A stretch of 64,000 bases of DNA. Origin: Patescibacteria group bacterium. Lineage in GTDB: Bacteria; Patescibacteriota; Minisyncoccia; 2-02-FULL-40-12; GWA2-44-9. Where the stretch lies: assembly GCA_038064515.1 (NCBI GenBank), contig JBBTSY010000009.1, forward strand, positions 2,155-66,154, given 5' to 3'. Within the stretch, counting starts at the first letter, position 1. Each line of letters begins with the position of its first letter. This document shows, piece after piece, positions 37,600 to 48,152 of the stretch. A model generated the notes under the pieces. The model did no database searches. It worked only from the letters and a program-made list of their open reading frames with translations, and was not told where the DNA came from. The translations under genes and the position numbers were made by a program.

Positions 37600-39528
37600 A
37601 TGTTTATAATCGAAGTCATTCCCCTCATCACCTTTCCGCCCCAGGTATCTCAAATCTTGAGCTATTTTTATGATCAGGCGCTCCCGAAAGGGGCCGTAGT
37701 TAAAGTTCAAATTCAAAAGAAAGAAGTCCAAGCAATAGTAGTCTTATCAACACCGCTCGAGCGCCAAAAAATAACGCTTAAAAAGTCTGCTTTTCAACTT
37801 AAGAAAATTTCTAAGGTTCTCGCTGATGAATCACAGGTAGGCTCTCATCAGTTTCAAACCGCCTTATGGCTTGCTAAACATTATTACGCTCCGCTGGGTC
37901 TATCTCTCAAGTCAGTGCTTCCACCATTTTTTAATAAGCGCGGCTATCAAACAACGCATGAATTAGTCCATGAAGAAATTCCTCCGTCTCGCCTCGCCTC
38001 TCCCCTACCTCTTTTTATCGAAGCTCGCGCCCACCAAACTGCAAGAAAACTCGAACCATTCATTAAAAAAGCCCTTAAAAAAGCAGGCCAAGTTCTTATT
38101 CTCTCACCCGACACCACAATGCTTAATTATCTTTTTGAATCATTTAAGAATCTCGGGGATTCCGCTCGTTTGTCATCCAAAATCTCCAACGCTGATTATT
38201 ATGACATCTGGCGACGAGTCGCGTCGGGTTCTTGCAAGATTATTTGCGCGACCCGTATCGGACTTTTTCTCCCCTTTCATGATTTGCGGATAATCATGGT
38301 GGAAGACCCCTTCCATGAATCTTATAAATCAGAGATGTCGCCGCGCTACAATACTTCCGATGTCGCGCTGAAAATCGCCGACTTCCACGGCGCGCGAACA
38401 ATCTTTATTGCTCCGATTCCCGATCTCAATATCGCATATGCTATTGATCAGCGGACCTTTACTTTACATCAAGAACGCCAAGTCTCACTCCCTGATACGG
38501 ACGTTGTTGATATCGAATATGAACGAAAAACCGGAAACTATTCGGTGTTCAGCCGCCTACTCCAGAAGCGCCTTATTGACGCCATTCGAGTTAAAGAACG
38601 TATTCTTCTCGTCTCGTCTCGGCGAGCTTATTCAGGAATTTTGATCTGTCATAATTGCGGGACCTTCGTAAAGTGCCCCAATTGCGAGATACCGATGCGC
38701 GTCCATAAAACCGCGGAATCAATGCTAGTATGCTACCACTGTTCAGCATACCAAAACTTTCCCAAAAACTGTGTTAATTGTCACAGCACTAAGCTTTCCC
38801 CTGCTGGTGTTGCTGGCAGTCAAAAAATCCAAGAACAATTGACTAAATTTTTAAGCGAACAAAAAATTGAAGACGTAGAATCGTTTATTTTGGATTCCGA
38901 CCTCACTCAAGATGATTCCCAAGAGCAAGAACTATTTGACGCAATAAAAAAATCAACCCAGCCGATCATTATCGCCACGCAGATGATCTTTAGCCATCGC
39001 TATCAGGAGCAATTTGATTTTATCGGCATCATTAATGCCGATGCGCTCATGAGTAATGCTGACTTTCGCGCTGAAGAGAGATTTTTTTACCAGTATGAGA
39101 AGCTTCTCGACTTTCAACCAGCGCGAATCACAATTCAGACATATAATCCGGAAAATTCCGCGATTATGATGGCCGCGCAGGAAAATTACAAGGCATTCTA
39201 CGAACGAGAACTGTCGAACCGAAAACTGCTTGGTTACCCCCCATTCTCCCGTCTTATAAAACTTACCTATGCGCATACTAGCGCAACTAAGGCATCTTTT
39301 GAGGCACGCGCTTTAAATGAAAAATTACGAATGGCTATTGCCCAGTTTAATTTCGGAGAAAGAATAAAAATCTTCGGCCCAAATCCCGCTTCGATAGCTC
39401 GAGAAAAGAACCAATACCACTATTCCATCATTTTAAAAATTGACCCTGAATTTCAGCCGCTTGCCAGCCTCCTTCGCTTTGTTCCTGCGCAATGGCATAT
39501 TGATGTTGATCCTCACCAAATACTGTGA
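37600..39528 (+). CDS. priA: primosomal protein N' with degenerate ATPase motifs
   Basis: 3'BD-like N-terminus, TRIGLFLP, four CxxC pairs, ADFRAEER, GYPPF, IDVDP. Confidence 0.9.
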   Translation: MFIIEVIPLITFPPQVSQILSYFYDQALPKGAVVKVQIQKKEVQAIVVLSTPLERQKITLKKSAFQLKKISKVLADESQVGSHQFQTALWLAKHYYAPLGLSLKSVLPPFFNKRGYQTTHELVHEEIPPSRLASPLPLFIEARAHQTARKLEPFIKKALKKAGQVLILSPDTTMLNYLFESFKNLGDSARLSSKISNADYYDIWRRVASGSCKIICATRIGLFLPFHDLRIIMVEDPFHESYKSEMSPRYNTSDVALKIADFHGARTIFIAPIPDLNIAYAIDQRTFTLHQERQVSLPDTDVVDIEYERKTGNYSVFSRLLQKRLIDAIRVKERILLVSSRRAYSGILICHNCGTFVKCPNCEIPMRVHKTAESMLVCYHCSAYQNFPKNCVNCHSTKLSPAGVAGSQKIQEQLTKFLSEQKIEDVESFILDSDLTQDDSQEQELFDAIKKSTQPIIIATQMIFSHRYQEQFDFIGIINADALMSNADFRAEERFFYQYEKLLDFQPARITIQTYNPENSAIMMAAQENYKAFYERELSNRKLLGYPPFSRLIKLTYAHTSATKASFEARALNEKLRMAIAQFNFGERIKIFGPNPASIAREKNQYHYSIILKIDPEFQPLASLLRFVPAQWHIDVDPHQIL

Positions 39529-39672
39529 GTCTCATAATAACATTCCCACTAGAGAATAATGTTTAGCAAAGGAGTGGGCTCTAGCTCACTCCTGAAAATG
39601 ATAATCGTCGAGACTTATCTATAATGAGTAGGTATAGAAAAATAAGAAGAATTATGGTAATTTGACCGAAAT

Positions 39673-40134
39673 ATGCCTATTCTGCCTCTTATCACGGTCC
39701 CGGCAGCCATTCTGCGGAAAAAACAAAAACCTCTTAGTCCAGTAGAGCTTTTAAGCGAACGCGTCCAGCAGCTTATCGAGGACATGCACAAAATCATGAT
39801 CGAAGCTAACGGTGTCGGCCTTGCCGCCAATCAGATCAATCAAGACCTTCAGCTATTTGTGATTAACAAAAAACTTGCTGAAGAAAATAAAGTCCCTGAT
39901 GCGTTTATTAATCCGGAGATCACCGAATATTCTCATGAAACTGATGAGATGGAAGAAGGCTGCCTTTCCATTCCCGCCTTCTACGTACCTATTCGTCGGG
40001 CAAAAAAAATAAAAATCAAGGCGCTAGATCAGCAAGGCAATAAGATTAAATTTAAGGTTCGCGGTTTTCTTGCCCGCGTTCTCCAACACGAGACTGATCA
40101 TATCAATGGTTTAGTCATTAAAGATCGAGTATAA
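39673..40134 (+). CDS. def: peptide deformylase
   Basis: GVGLAANQ, EGCLS, QHETDH. Confidence 0.97.
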   Translation: MPILPLITVPAAILRKKQKPLSPVELLSERVQQLIEDMHKIMIEANGVGLAANQINQDLQLFVINKKLAEENKVPDAFINPEITEYSHETDEMEEGCLSIPAFYVPIRRAKKIKIKALDQQGNKIKFKVRGFLARVLQHETDHINGLVIKDRV

Positions 40135-40135
40135 T

Positions 40136-41074
40136 ATGCATAAGGATGTAGAATGTATTTTCTTCGGTACTCCTGCTTTTGCCGTACCATCCCTCAAAGC
40201 TCTCCATGAAGCTGGCTACGCGATCTCGGCCGTGGTTACTACTCCCGATCAGCCGGTAGGTCGAAAAGGGATTCTCGTTCCTTCTCCCGTAAAACAGGCG
40301 GCGCTAGAGTTGAATTTTCCCATACTTGAGCCGGATAAGCTTGATGATTCTTTTTTTGAAACATTCACTAATCTCCAATTTGATATTTGCATCATCGTTG
40401 CTTATGGGAAAATTATTCCAGCAAAATATCTTGTGATTCCCCGTTACGGCTTCGTCAATATTCATGCGTCACTTTTGCCAAAATATCGAGGTCCCTCCCC
40501 TATTCAAACCGCCATTTTCAACGGCGAAAAACAAACTGGCATCAGCCTCCAATTAATAGATGATCAAATTGATCACGGACCAATTATTGCTCAACAGATA
40601 TGTGAACTGCCCGGTCAGCAATACTACCCGGAGATCGCAAGAGTATTATCAAAAGAAAGCGCGCAGTTTCTTATAAGCGCGCTTCCTGATTATTTCAACG
40701 GTAAGTCCAAGCCGCGAGAACAAGATCATTCCCAAGCCACTTTTTGCCACCGACTTTCTCGGGAAGATGGGAAGATCGTTTGGTCGCGTTCGGCTGAAGA
40801 AATTTTCAATCAAATCCGCGCACTTAGTCATGAACCGGGAACGTGGACGACTTGGCAGAATAAAATACTGCGAATCAGTAAAGCAAAAGTTGCGTCAACC
40901 ATGTCATTTCCCGGAGCTCCAGGAACAATAATAAAATCTGGACCACTTATAGCCGTTCAGACCGCGACGCATCCCCTTATTTTACTTCGTATTCAGCTGG
41001 AGGGAGGAAAGGAAATGGATATTACTCAATTTATTTTCGGAAAACATAATTTTATTGGCTCTACGTTCGAATAG
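40136..41074 (+). CDS. fmt: methionyl-tRNA formyltransferase
   Basis: FFGTPAFA, VAYG, NIHASLLPKYRGPSP. Confidence 0.96.
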   Translation: MHKDVECIFFGTPAFAVPSLKALHEAGYAISAVVTTPDQPVGRKGILVPSPVKQAALELNFPILEPDKLDDSFFETFTNLQFDICIIVAYGKIIPAKYLVIPRYGFVNIHASLLPKYRGPSPIQTAIFNGEKQTGISLQLIDDQIDHGPIIAQQICELPGQQYYPEIARVLSKESAQFLISALPDYFNGKSKPREQDHSQATFCHRLSREDGKIVWSRSAEEIFNQIRALSHEPGTWTTWQNKILRISKAKVASTMSFPGAPGTIIKSGPLIAVQTATHPLILLRIQLEGGKEMDITQFIFGKHNFIGSTFE

Positions 41075-41092
41075 CTGGTATAATTTATGTAC

Positions 41093-41803
41093 ATGGAAAA
41101 AGTGCTCTCTGTCGACAACCTTGCCGTCAGTTTCGATAATCAAAATGTTCTTAAGGGTATTTCTTTTAGCGTTGAGAAAGGAGAAGTCCTCGCTATCGTA
41201 GGACCAAATGGTTCCGGAAAATCAGTTCTATTCCGAGCACTCCTCGGACTAATCCCCTATTCCGGCACTATCGCGTGGAATAAGAATCTGAAAACCAGTT
41301 ATGTTCCGCAAAAACTTTCTATCGAGCGTGATCTCCCACTAAATGTTGAAGAGTTTTTGGCGCTGAAAGAATCAAATCGAGAAAAAATCATTCAAGCCCT
41401 CCAAACTGTTGGTCTTGAAGACGAACATCACATTGAAAAGCATTTGCTTCGTCAGCGTCTTGGCTGGCTTTCTGGTGGCCAGCTTCAGCGCATTATGATC
41501 GCGTGGTCGCTCCTCGATGATCCCGATGTTCTTCTTTTCGATGAACCGACTTCCGGCATTGACTTAGGCGGCGAAGGAACAATCTATAATCTCCTCAAAA
41601 AATTAGGAGACCAACGCAATTTGACCATCCTACTCATCTCTCATGACCTCAACATTGTTTATAAATATGCCAACAACGTCATGTGTATAAATAAAGAAAT
41701 GGTCTGTCACGGTATCCCTAGTGAGGTATTGGATCCAAAAGCGCTAGCTCGGCTATACGGCGGAGAGACAAGCTTCTACAAACATGAACATTTTGAACAT
41801 TAA
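41093..41803 (+). CDS. znuC: Zn/Mn ABC transporter ATPase (ZnuC-like)
   Basis: GPNGSGKS, YVPQ, LSGGQ, DEPT, SHDL, His-rich tail. Confidence 0.85.
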   Translation: MEKVLSVDNLAVSFDNQNVLKGISFSVEKGEVLAIVGPNGSGKSVLFRALLGLIPYSGTIAWNKNLKTSYVPQKLSIERDLPLNVEEFLALKESNREKIIQALQTVGLEDEHHIEKHLLRQRLGWLSGGQLQRIMIAWSLLDDPDVLLFDEPTSGIDLGGEGTIYNLLKKLGDQRNLTILLISHDLNIVYKYANNVMCINKEMVCHGIPSEVLDPKALARLYGGETSFYKHEHFEH

Positions 41804-42566
41804 TCCCCTCGGCCTTCAGCTTATCGTAGGCGTACTTATCGGTATTGGCGCTGGATTCTTAGGCTCCTTCATGGTGCTGAAGCGCATGTCACTTGTTGGC
41901 GATGCCCTTTCTCATGTCGCCTTACCCGGTATTGCCATTGCCATGATGTTGAGCTTTAACCCGTTCTTCGGCGCATTCGGTACCCTCTTCATCGGTATTA
42001 TTGGCATCTGGTTCTTAGAACGAAAAACAGCACTGCCATCCGAAACACTCGTCGGAATCCTATTCACGCTGTCGCTGGCAATCGGCATTCTTATCACTCC
42101 TGAACCAGAACTCCTTGAAGCGCTCTTCGGCGATATTAATAAAATAGGTTCCACTGATCTATTTCTCACCGCAGGCGCCGTACTTATTACGATAATCCTG
42201 ATGCAGAAAATATATAAGGGCGTTATTTTAGATATCATCTCTCGTGATCTGACTCGTTCGATGGGTATTTCGGTAAATACAACTAACCTCATCTTTTTAA
42301 TACTTGTCGCCGTCGTGGTTGCTCTCGGTTTGAAGGTAGCCGGCACTCTGCTCATGGGCTCGTTGGTGATTATCCCCGCCGCCGCCGCTAAAAACATCTC
42401 AATAAACCTCAAAGATTATACGCTTTATGCTGGTATCTTTGGCGCCTTGTGCGCCGCGTCGGGGATTTTGATTGCGTATTATTTTTCTCTGCCCCCCGGT
42501 CCTATGGTAGTACTCGCTAGCGGCGCGCTCTTCCTCGTTACCCTCTTGCTAAAGGAGAAAAAGTAG
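41784..42566 (+). CDS. znuB: Zn/Mn ABC transporter permease (ZnuB-like)
   Basis: GDALSHVALPG, LFGDI, IIPAAAA. Confidence 0.85.
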   Translation: MNILNINPLGLQLIVGVLIGIGAGFLGSFMVLKRMSLVGDALSHVALPGIAIAMMLSFNPFFGAFGTLFIGIIGIWFLERKTALPSETLVGILFTLSLAIGILITPEPELLEALFGDINKIGSTDLFLTAGAVLITIILMQKIYKGVILDIISRDLTRSMGISVNTTNLIFLILVAVVVALGLKVAGTLLMGSLVIIPAAAAKNISINLKDYTLYAGIFGALCAASGILIAYYFSLPPGPMVVLASGALFLVTLLLKEKK

Positions 42567-42582
42567 GTTAGAATCTTTGAAC

Positions 42583-43158
42583 ATGTCCATTCCCGTTAAC
42601 GACCTAAAACCGAAGGTATTCTTTATTTTTGAAGGCCAGCCGTATCTGGTGCTTGAAACGCACCATCTTAAAATGCAGCAACGGCGGCCGGTCGTACAGA
42701 CCAAAATGCGTAATTTGCTGAACGGCAAGATGTTGGAGCGCAATTTTGCCCAATCGGATGTGTTTGAGGAAGCTGATATAACCCGCGGCAACGTGAAGTT
42801 TCTCTATAATCACCGTGGCGAGTTCTGGTTTGTTGATCCCAAAGATTCTTCCAAGCGCTTCCAACTTAAAGAAGAACTGATCGGTAATCAAGCGAAGTTC
42901 CTTAAGCCCAACACGATCTTGGAAGCGTTAAGCTGGGACGATAACGTCATCACTATTACTCTGCCCATTAAGATGACATTTCGAGTTATCGAAGCGCCTC
43001 CGGGCATCCGGGGCGATACGGCCCAAGGCGGCGTAAAGCAAGTAAAAATAGATACAGGAGCGACACTCAATGTTCCCCTCTTTATTGACGAGGGCAATGA
43101 GATCGTTATTAACACGGAAACTGGTCAGTACGTGGAGCGAGCGGATAAAGAAAAATAA
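42583..43158 (+). CDS. efp: elongation factor P
   Basis: PGIRGDTA, VPLFI, NTETGQYVER. Confidence 0.93.
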   Translation: MSIPVNDLKPKVFFIFEGQPYLVLETHHLKMQQRRPVVQTKMRNLLNGKMLERNFAQSDVFEEADITRGNVKFLYNHRGEFWFVDPKDSSKRFQLKEELIGNQAKFLKPNTILEALSWDDNVITITLPIKMTFRVIEAPPGIRGDTAQGGVKQVKIDTGATLNVPLFIDEGNEIVINTETGQYVERADKEK

Positions 43159-43179
43159 CTGTCCGCGCTTCAAAAAATA

Positions 43180-43725
43180 TCAGCGCGAGCGTTTTTCTTT
43201 CATAAGAGGCAGGATGGCTAGGGAAATCAACGACCATACAAAAAGAGCCAGTGGCGTACCGATAAAAGGGTAAATTACGCCCAGGCTTTTCTCGGAGGTT
43301 GCCTCGGGAATAAATGAAGCCATAACCGCTCCGATAAACCCAATCTGGAAAAGACTAATAAGCAGTACTTTTGTCAAAGCCATATCACCCATTGAAAGAC
43401 GCCTAAGCGAAGATCGGTAGAGAATGAAAAACGCACTGATGTAAAGAGCAAAGAATAATCCGACTTTAATAAAGTATGGTTCGAAACTTTCCGGAACTGC
43501 TTTTGTAAGCGTTTCTAAAAATGGGAAAAGATTCGTCAACGTGAGCGCAACATAGATAGCCAGGAGCGACATGAGAGCTCGCGTTTTGCCGATACTCATG
43601 CCGTATAGAAATACGGCAACAATGATAAGCATTACAAATAATTCTCTGGGTCCGGTGAGTCCGCTAAGATTAGCGGTAATGCTTGAAAGATTAGAAAATT
43701 TTAAAATGTCTCTAACGGGATCCAT
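43180..43725 (-). CDS. hypothetical multi-pass membrane protein
   Basis: 181 aa with about five hydrophobic segments. Confidence 0.7.
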   Translation of the reverse strand: MDPVRDILKFSNLSSITANLSGLTGPRELFVMLIIVAVFLYGMSIGKTRALMSLLAIYVALTLTNLFPFLETLTKAVPESFEPYFIKVGLFFALYISAFFILYRSSLRRLSMGDMALTKVLLISLFQIGFIGAVMASFIPEATSEKSLGVIYPFIGTPLALFVWSLISLAILPLMKEKRSR

Positions 43726-43800
43726 ATCACCATTATACTTGATTGCGATTTTTTATAAACCCGCTTAAACTTTATTTCATAAAATTTTGACTGACAAAAG

Positions 43801-43832
43801 AAAAACGGCGGCACCTTTCAGTTAACCGCCGT
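43801..43832 (-). terminator. intrinsic terminator of cassette 6
   Basis: acggcgg/ccgccgt stem followed by T run on minus strand. Confidence 0.7.
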
Positions 43833-43861
43833 CTGCCAAGGTGAGACCTCAAAACTTCATA

Positions 43862-44197
43862 TCAGTGAAATTTCGCGATCTCGCCAATGAGCTCCTCAAG
43901 CTCCGCGAGTATGATACTGCTCCGCTCGTAGAACGCGTGGCGCCTGAATGGCTTTTCCTCGGTGATGCCAATGAGCTCGTGAATCTCCGCTCCTAGAGGA
44001 CCAAGTCCCCGCAGAGCGTTATCGATCTCGTGAGCTACTTTCATGAGATCGAGGCCGAGATCCTCGGCACGATCCACGACTGTTAGCTCCAACAAGCTTG
44101 CCTTGAGACGGTGAGCTGGCTCAAGGAGATCAACCGAATCAGCGTACGAAGATCCGAGGATCACGCCCAGCCGATCCTGCGGCTCAAAAGTCGTCAT
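43862..44197 (-). CDS. orphan helical protein (cassette 6)
   Basis: 111-aa ORF, SD GAGGAGGGGTGA. Confidence 0.75.
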   Translation of the reverse strand: MTTFEPQDRLGVILGSSYADSVDLLEPAHRLKASLLELTVVDRAEDLGLDLMKVAHEIDNALRGLGPLGAEIHELIGITEEKPFRRHAFYERSSIILAELEELIGEIAKFH

Positions 44198-44228
44198 TGA
44201 TTCACCCCTCCCTCTAATCCGTCAAAGT

Positions 44229-44257
44229 ATCATACACCTTTTATATCGATATGTCAA
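44229..44257 (-). promoter_or_regulatory. sigma70-type promoter of cassette 6
   Basis: TTGACA-N17-TATGAT. Confidence 0.7.
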
Positions 44258-44260
44258 AAG

Positions 44261-44422
44261 CTAGGAATTTTGAAATTTCCAACCAGCCCAGATGCCCAAC
44301 CCTCCGCAAATTGCAGAGATAAAGATTGAGGTAAACGAAAGAGAGTTTAATCCCAGAAGTGCAGATAAAAAACTACCGAGCATAGATCCTACGAAAAATC
44401 CAATCCAGATAGACGATTTCAT
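44261..44422 (-). CDS. 53-aa Gly-rich small membrane protein (not in ORF track)
   Basis: MKSSIWIGFFVGSMLGSFLSALLGLNSLSFTSIFISAICGGLGIWAGWKFQNS*; TATTAT 6 nt upstream of ATG. Confidence 0.7.
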   Translation of the reverse strand: MKSSIWIGFFVGSMLGSFLSALLGLNSLSFTSIFISAICGGLGIWAGWKFQNS

Positions 44423-44450
44423 AACGACATAATACCATAAAAATGACCGA

Positions 44451-45275
44451 CTATTTAAGTCGAAGTGTGATGATTAAATCGCCAGCGGGCTTGCCTTCGC
44501 GGCCAGCGTTACCGCCTTTAGGAATGGCGATGGTATAGCCGTCCGCTAAATCTTTTGGCAGATGGAGTTCAAGCTTGCGTTTGCCCGGAATGCGTGTTTC
44601 ACCATTGCATTTATCGCAGATTTTTTCCGGAAGTTTTCGCTTGCCGGCACAAGTCGCGCAAATACCGACTCGAGTAAACGAACCAAATGGTGTTCGTGTT
44701 TGCTGACGGACCTGACCGGTACCGCCGCATGTTTTACAATCAATCATCTTGGCACCTTTTGCCAATCCGGTTGCCTTACACTCGTCACAAGTTTTCTGCG
44801 CTTCAAATTCAAAGATACGGCGCTGATCGAGATCTTTTTTATTGATCGTTACTTCTAGATAAATATCCTCGCCTTTTACGGAATCCGGCTGGGTATGGCG
44901 AGCGCCGCCAAAGGCATCAGAAAATACATCAAAAAAATCTTCGATGCCGCCCGATTGTTGATAACCGCCGCGGCTACCGCCAAAGATATCCCAAAAATTA
45001 CTAAAATCATAACCGCCTTGTTTGCCATGAGTTTCGCCGTAAGGCTCCCCTTGAAAGCCGCCGTCATTGTATGCAAAGCCGAAATTATCAAAATTTGATC
45101 GTTTCTTGGGATCGGAAAGCACTTGATATGCTTCGTTCAATTCTTTGAATTTAGCTTCATCGCCGCCAGACTTATCTGGATGGAATCGGTGCGCCAGCTT
45201 GCGATAAGCTTTTTTGATGTCGTCAGCGGAGGCGCTACGCCCCACGCCAAGAATTATATATGGATCCTTGTTCAT
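44451..45275 (-). CDS. dnaJ: DnaJ chaperone (short C-terminus)
   Basis: J domain with HPD, G/F region, four CxxCxGxG-type repeats; 274 aa. Confidence 0.92.
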   Translation of the reverse strand: MNKDPYIILGVGRSASADDIKKAYRKLAHRFHPDKSGGDEAKFKELNEAYQVLSDPKKRSNFDNFGFAYNDGGFQGEPYGETHGKQGGYDFSNFWDIFGGSRGGYQQSGGIEDFFDVFSDAFGGARHTQPDSVKGEDIYLEVTINKKDLDQRRIFEFEAQKTCDECKATGLAKGAKMIDCKTCGGTGQVRQQTRTPFGSFTRVGICATCAGKRKLPEKICDKCNGETRIPGKRKLELHLPKDLADGYTIAIPKGGNAGREGKPAGDLIITLRLK

Positions 45276-46063
45276 AGCACTAATTCTTCTGCCTTGACGT
45301 CTTTTTCGACAATGGTTACGAATCCGGTGATTTTCAATACTTCAAATAATCCTCCAGCGATATATCCTGCCACCGGAATAAAAATAAATCCCAGCCCCTG
45401 CAAGACTAAAAATAAACCAAATGCCAAAAGAGGCGGAAAGTATTGCCGATAAGGTTCTGCCGAGCGATTTAATAATTCAGTAGTTTCTTTTATGATCTGA
45501 CTTTCCGCTTGTTCGCGTTGTCGGACTGGAAGCTGGTTTAGCTCGTTTCTTGCGATAAGCCGCGAAGCGCCCTCCACGGCTTTCGTAATTGAAACAGGAA
45601 GCTGGTTCTGGCGCGCGCTCGCCTGCACATCAGGATTGGCGAAATATACGAATGACAGCATAATTAACAGCGGCATAATTACTTTCCGAATGCCGGAGCC
45701 TACGGCAGCTCTAAAATCAATTTTTAAGTGATTGCGAACCGCGTTTGACATACCTTTCATTGCCCAGAAATGGAACAAAAACAGAATCACAAGTGCTAAT
45801 AAATTAAGCTTAGTAATTCCAAACACAAGTAAAAATGTAACACCTACAATCGCGCTTGTTCCAAAACGCCACGCATGAGAACTGAAAAATATCAAGGCTA
45901 TCGCAATAATCGCACTCGTAAACATAAGCACCACCAGCGGAACGAGCCAGGTGCCGTAATCAATCGTAGACCATGTCGGATCAGAAATCCACGGCTTCGC
46001 GACATACCAAAGAAGAAACGACGCGAGCAAGACAACAATGAGAATTGCTATGTGTTTTATCAT
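45272..46063 (-). CDS. hypothetical multi-pass membrane protein
   Basis: Start at MIKHIA just after dnaK; several TMs; ATGA overlap with dnaJ. Confidence 0.75.
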   Translation of the reverse strand: MIKHIAILIVVLLASFLLWYVAKPWISDPTWSTIDYGTWLVPLVVLMFTSAIIAIALIFFSSHAWRFGTSAIVGVTFLLVFGITKLNLLALVILFLFHFWAMKGMSNAVRNHLKIDFRAAVGSGIRKVIMPLLIMLSFVYFANPDVQASARQNQLPVSITKAVEGASRLIARNELNQLPVRQREQAESQIIKETTELLNRSAEPYRQYFPPLLAFGLFLVLQGLGFIFIPVAGYIAGGLFEVLKITGFVTIVEKDVKAEELVL

Positions 46064-46079
46064 TAGGTTCAGTATACTC

Positions 46080-48023
46080 TTACTTCTGTTCGTGTGGATT
46101 CTGCTCAATTGTTTCTTCGGTTGGTTTGGCCTCCGACTGTTGGGCATCGGACTGCGCACCAGCGCCGGGTTGCTGGCCGGTTGGCGTTGAATTCGTCGAG
46201 CCATACATGGCTTGGCCTATTTTTTGAATAGCCGTTGAAAGTTCTTCTGAAGCCTTTTTAATATTCTCCGTATTATCACTGTCTTTTACACTTTTGAGCG
46301 CCACGATCTTTTCCTCAATCTGCTTTTTATCATCGGCTAATACCTTTTCACCGGCATCTTTCAGCGACTTTTCCGCCATGTACACAAGAGACTCGGCCAT
46401 ATTTTTGGTATCAATGAGTTCTCTTTTCTTTGCATCCTCTGCGGCAAACTTTTCAGCGTCTGCCATCATGCGCTTCTTTTCATCTTCGGAAAGGCCGGAA
46501 GAACCTTCGATGTGAATGGATTGTTCTTTACCGGTTGCCTTGTCTTTGGCTTTTACATTGAGAATGCCGTTAGCGTCAATGTCGAATGAAACTTCAACCT
46601 GCGGAACGCCGCGAGGCGCGGGCGGAATACCATCAAGAATGAATCGCCCAAGCGTCTTGTTATCCGCGGACATAGGCCGCTCGCCCTGCAAAACATGAAT
46701 TTCCACCGAGGGCTGATTATCAGCGGCGGTAGAAAACGTCTGCGTTTTAGAAACAGGAACGGTCGTATTCTTTTCGATCATTTTGGTCATGACGTTACCA
46801 AGCGTTTCAATACCAAGCGAAAGCGGCGTTACATCCAAGAGCAGGACATCGCGAATATCGCCTTGCATGATACCGCCCTGAATAGCGGCACCGATGGCCA
46901 CAACCTCATCCGGATTGATATCCTTGTGTGGTTCCTTACCGAAGAGATTTTTAACCGCTTCGCTGATGGCTGGCATACGGGTTTGACCGCCAACCAGAAT
47001 CACCTCATTAATATCGTTAATTTTTAATCCAGCTTCCTCGACGGTTTTCTTCGTTAACTCGATGGATTTAGCAATGAAATCACGAACGAGATCTTCCAGC
47101 TTAGCTCGCGTAAATGACATCGAAAAGTGCTTTGGTCCGGAAGCATCCGCAGTTAAAAATGGGATATTAACTTCAGTCTGGGCCGTACTGGATAGTTCAT
47201 GCTTCGCTTTTTCGGCCGCATCTTTTAAACGCTGGATTGCAAGTTGATCCTTTGAAATATCAATTCCCTGCTCCTTTTTAAATTCCTCTAATAAGAAATT
47301 AATAATTCGTTGATCCAGGTCATCGCCGCCAAGATGCGTGTCGCCGCCGGTAGCCTTTACTTCGATTGTATCTTCTGAAACTTCCAGCACTGACACATCA
47401 AATGTGCCGCCGCCGAAATCATAAACGACAATTTTTTCATCTTTTCTGCCAGAGGCAGATCCGCTTTTGGCGGACTTTCCAAAGCCGTACGCTAATGCGG
47501 CGGCGGTAGGCTCGTTAATGACGCGCTTTACTGTAAGTCCGGCAATTTCTCCGGCATCTTTAGTTGCCTTGCGTTGGGCATCATCAAAATAGGCAGGTAC
47601 GGTGATGATTGCTTCGGTAATTTTTTCGCCAAGCTTATCCTCTGCGTCGGTTTTGAGCTTTTGCAAAATCATAGCTGAAACTTCAGCCGGCTTGTACCAT
47701 TTATCGCCGATCTTTGCCTCAACATCGTGCTGTGACCCTTCTTTAATTTCATATGGCAGCAGTTTCTTGTCGCGCTGAACTTCGGCATCTGAAAATCGTC
47801 GGCCGATTAGGCGCTTTATAGAAAAGATCGTATTTTGCGGATTTGTAACGGCCTGCCGCTTGGCCGTGATACCAACGTATCGTTCTCCATTTTTGCCGGC
47901 CGCAACCATCGATGGCGTCGTGCGCATACCCTCTTTATTTTCAAGCATCCGTGGTTGACCGCCCTCAACAATAGCCATCGCTGAATTAGTTGTCCCTAAA
48001 TCGATTCCTAAAATCTTTGACAT
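46080..48023 (-). CDS. dnaK: chaperone DnaK
   Basis: [47 protein letters not shown]. Confidence 0.98.
   Translation of the reverse strand: MSKILGIDLGTTNSAMAIVEGGQPRMLENKEGMRTTPSMVAAGKNGERYVGITAKRQAVTNPQNTIFSIKRLIGRRFSDAEVQRDKKLLPYEIKEGSQHDVEAKIGDKWYKPAEVSAMILQKLKTDAEDKLGEKITEAIITVPAYFDDAQRKATKDAGEIAGLTVKRVINEPTAAALAYGFGKSAKSGSASGRKDEKIVVYDFGGGTFDVSVLEVSEDTIEVKATGGDTHLGGDDLDQRIINFLLEEFKKEQGIDISKDQLAIQRLKDAAEKAKHELSSTAQTEVNIPFLTADASGPKHFSMSFTRAKLEDLVRDFIAKSIELTKKTVEEAGLKINDINEVILVGGQTRMPAISEAVKNLFGKEPHKDINPDEVVAIGAAIQGGIMQGDIRDVLLLDVTPLSLGIETLGNVMTKMIEKNTTVPVSKTQTFSTAADNQPSVEIHVLQGERPMSADNKTLGRFILDGIPPAPRGVPQVEVSFDIDANGILNVKAKDKATGKEQSIHIEGSSGLSEDEKKRMMADAEKFAAEDAKKRELIDTKNMAESLVYMAEKSLKDAGEKVLADDKKQIEEKIVALKSVKDSDNTENIKKASEELSTAIQKIGQAMYGSTNSTPTGQQPGAGAQSDAQQSEAKPTEETIEQNPHEQK
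47445..47474 (-). repeat. in-frame double mini-hairpin in dnaK
   Basis: t-ccgcc-aaa-agcgg-at-ctgcc-tct-ggcag-a encoding [10 protein letters not shown]. Confidence 0.75.
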
Positions 48024-48033
48024 TTGTATAAGT

Positions 48034-48149
48034 GGTTCTGAAGCAATGTGATATTTAGAGGGGCTCTCGGAGCGCGACGGCGCGAGAGTGAGCGCAAAAT
48101 CCAGCAGGATTTTGACGCGTACCCGATAATATCACATTGCTGAAGAACC
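48034..48149. repeat. multi-stem dispersed repeat, family B copy 2 (grpE-dnaK spacer)
   Basis: Closing IR agcaatgtgatatt/aatatcacattgct; core cggagcgcgacggcgcgag. Confidence 0.75.
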
Positions 48150-48152
48150 GAT

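Noticed and set aside
41093-42566. znuCB without a substrate-binding protein as a novel transporter
   Set aside because: The binding protein may lie outside the window, so this cannot be assessed
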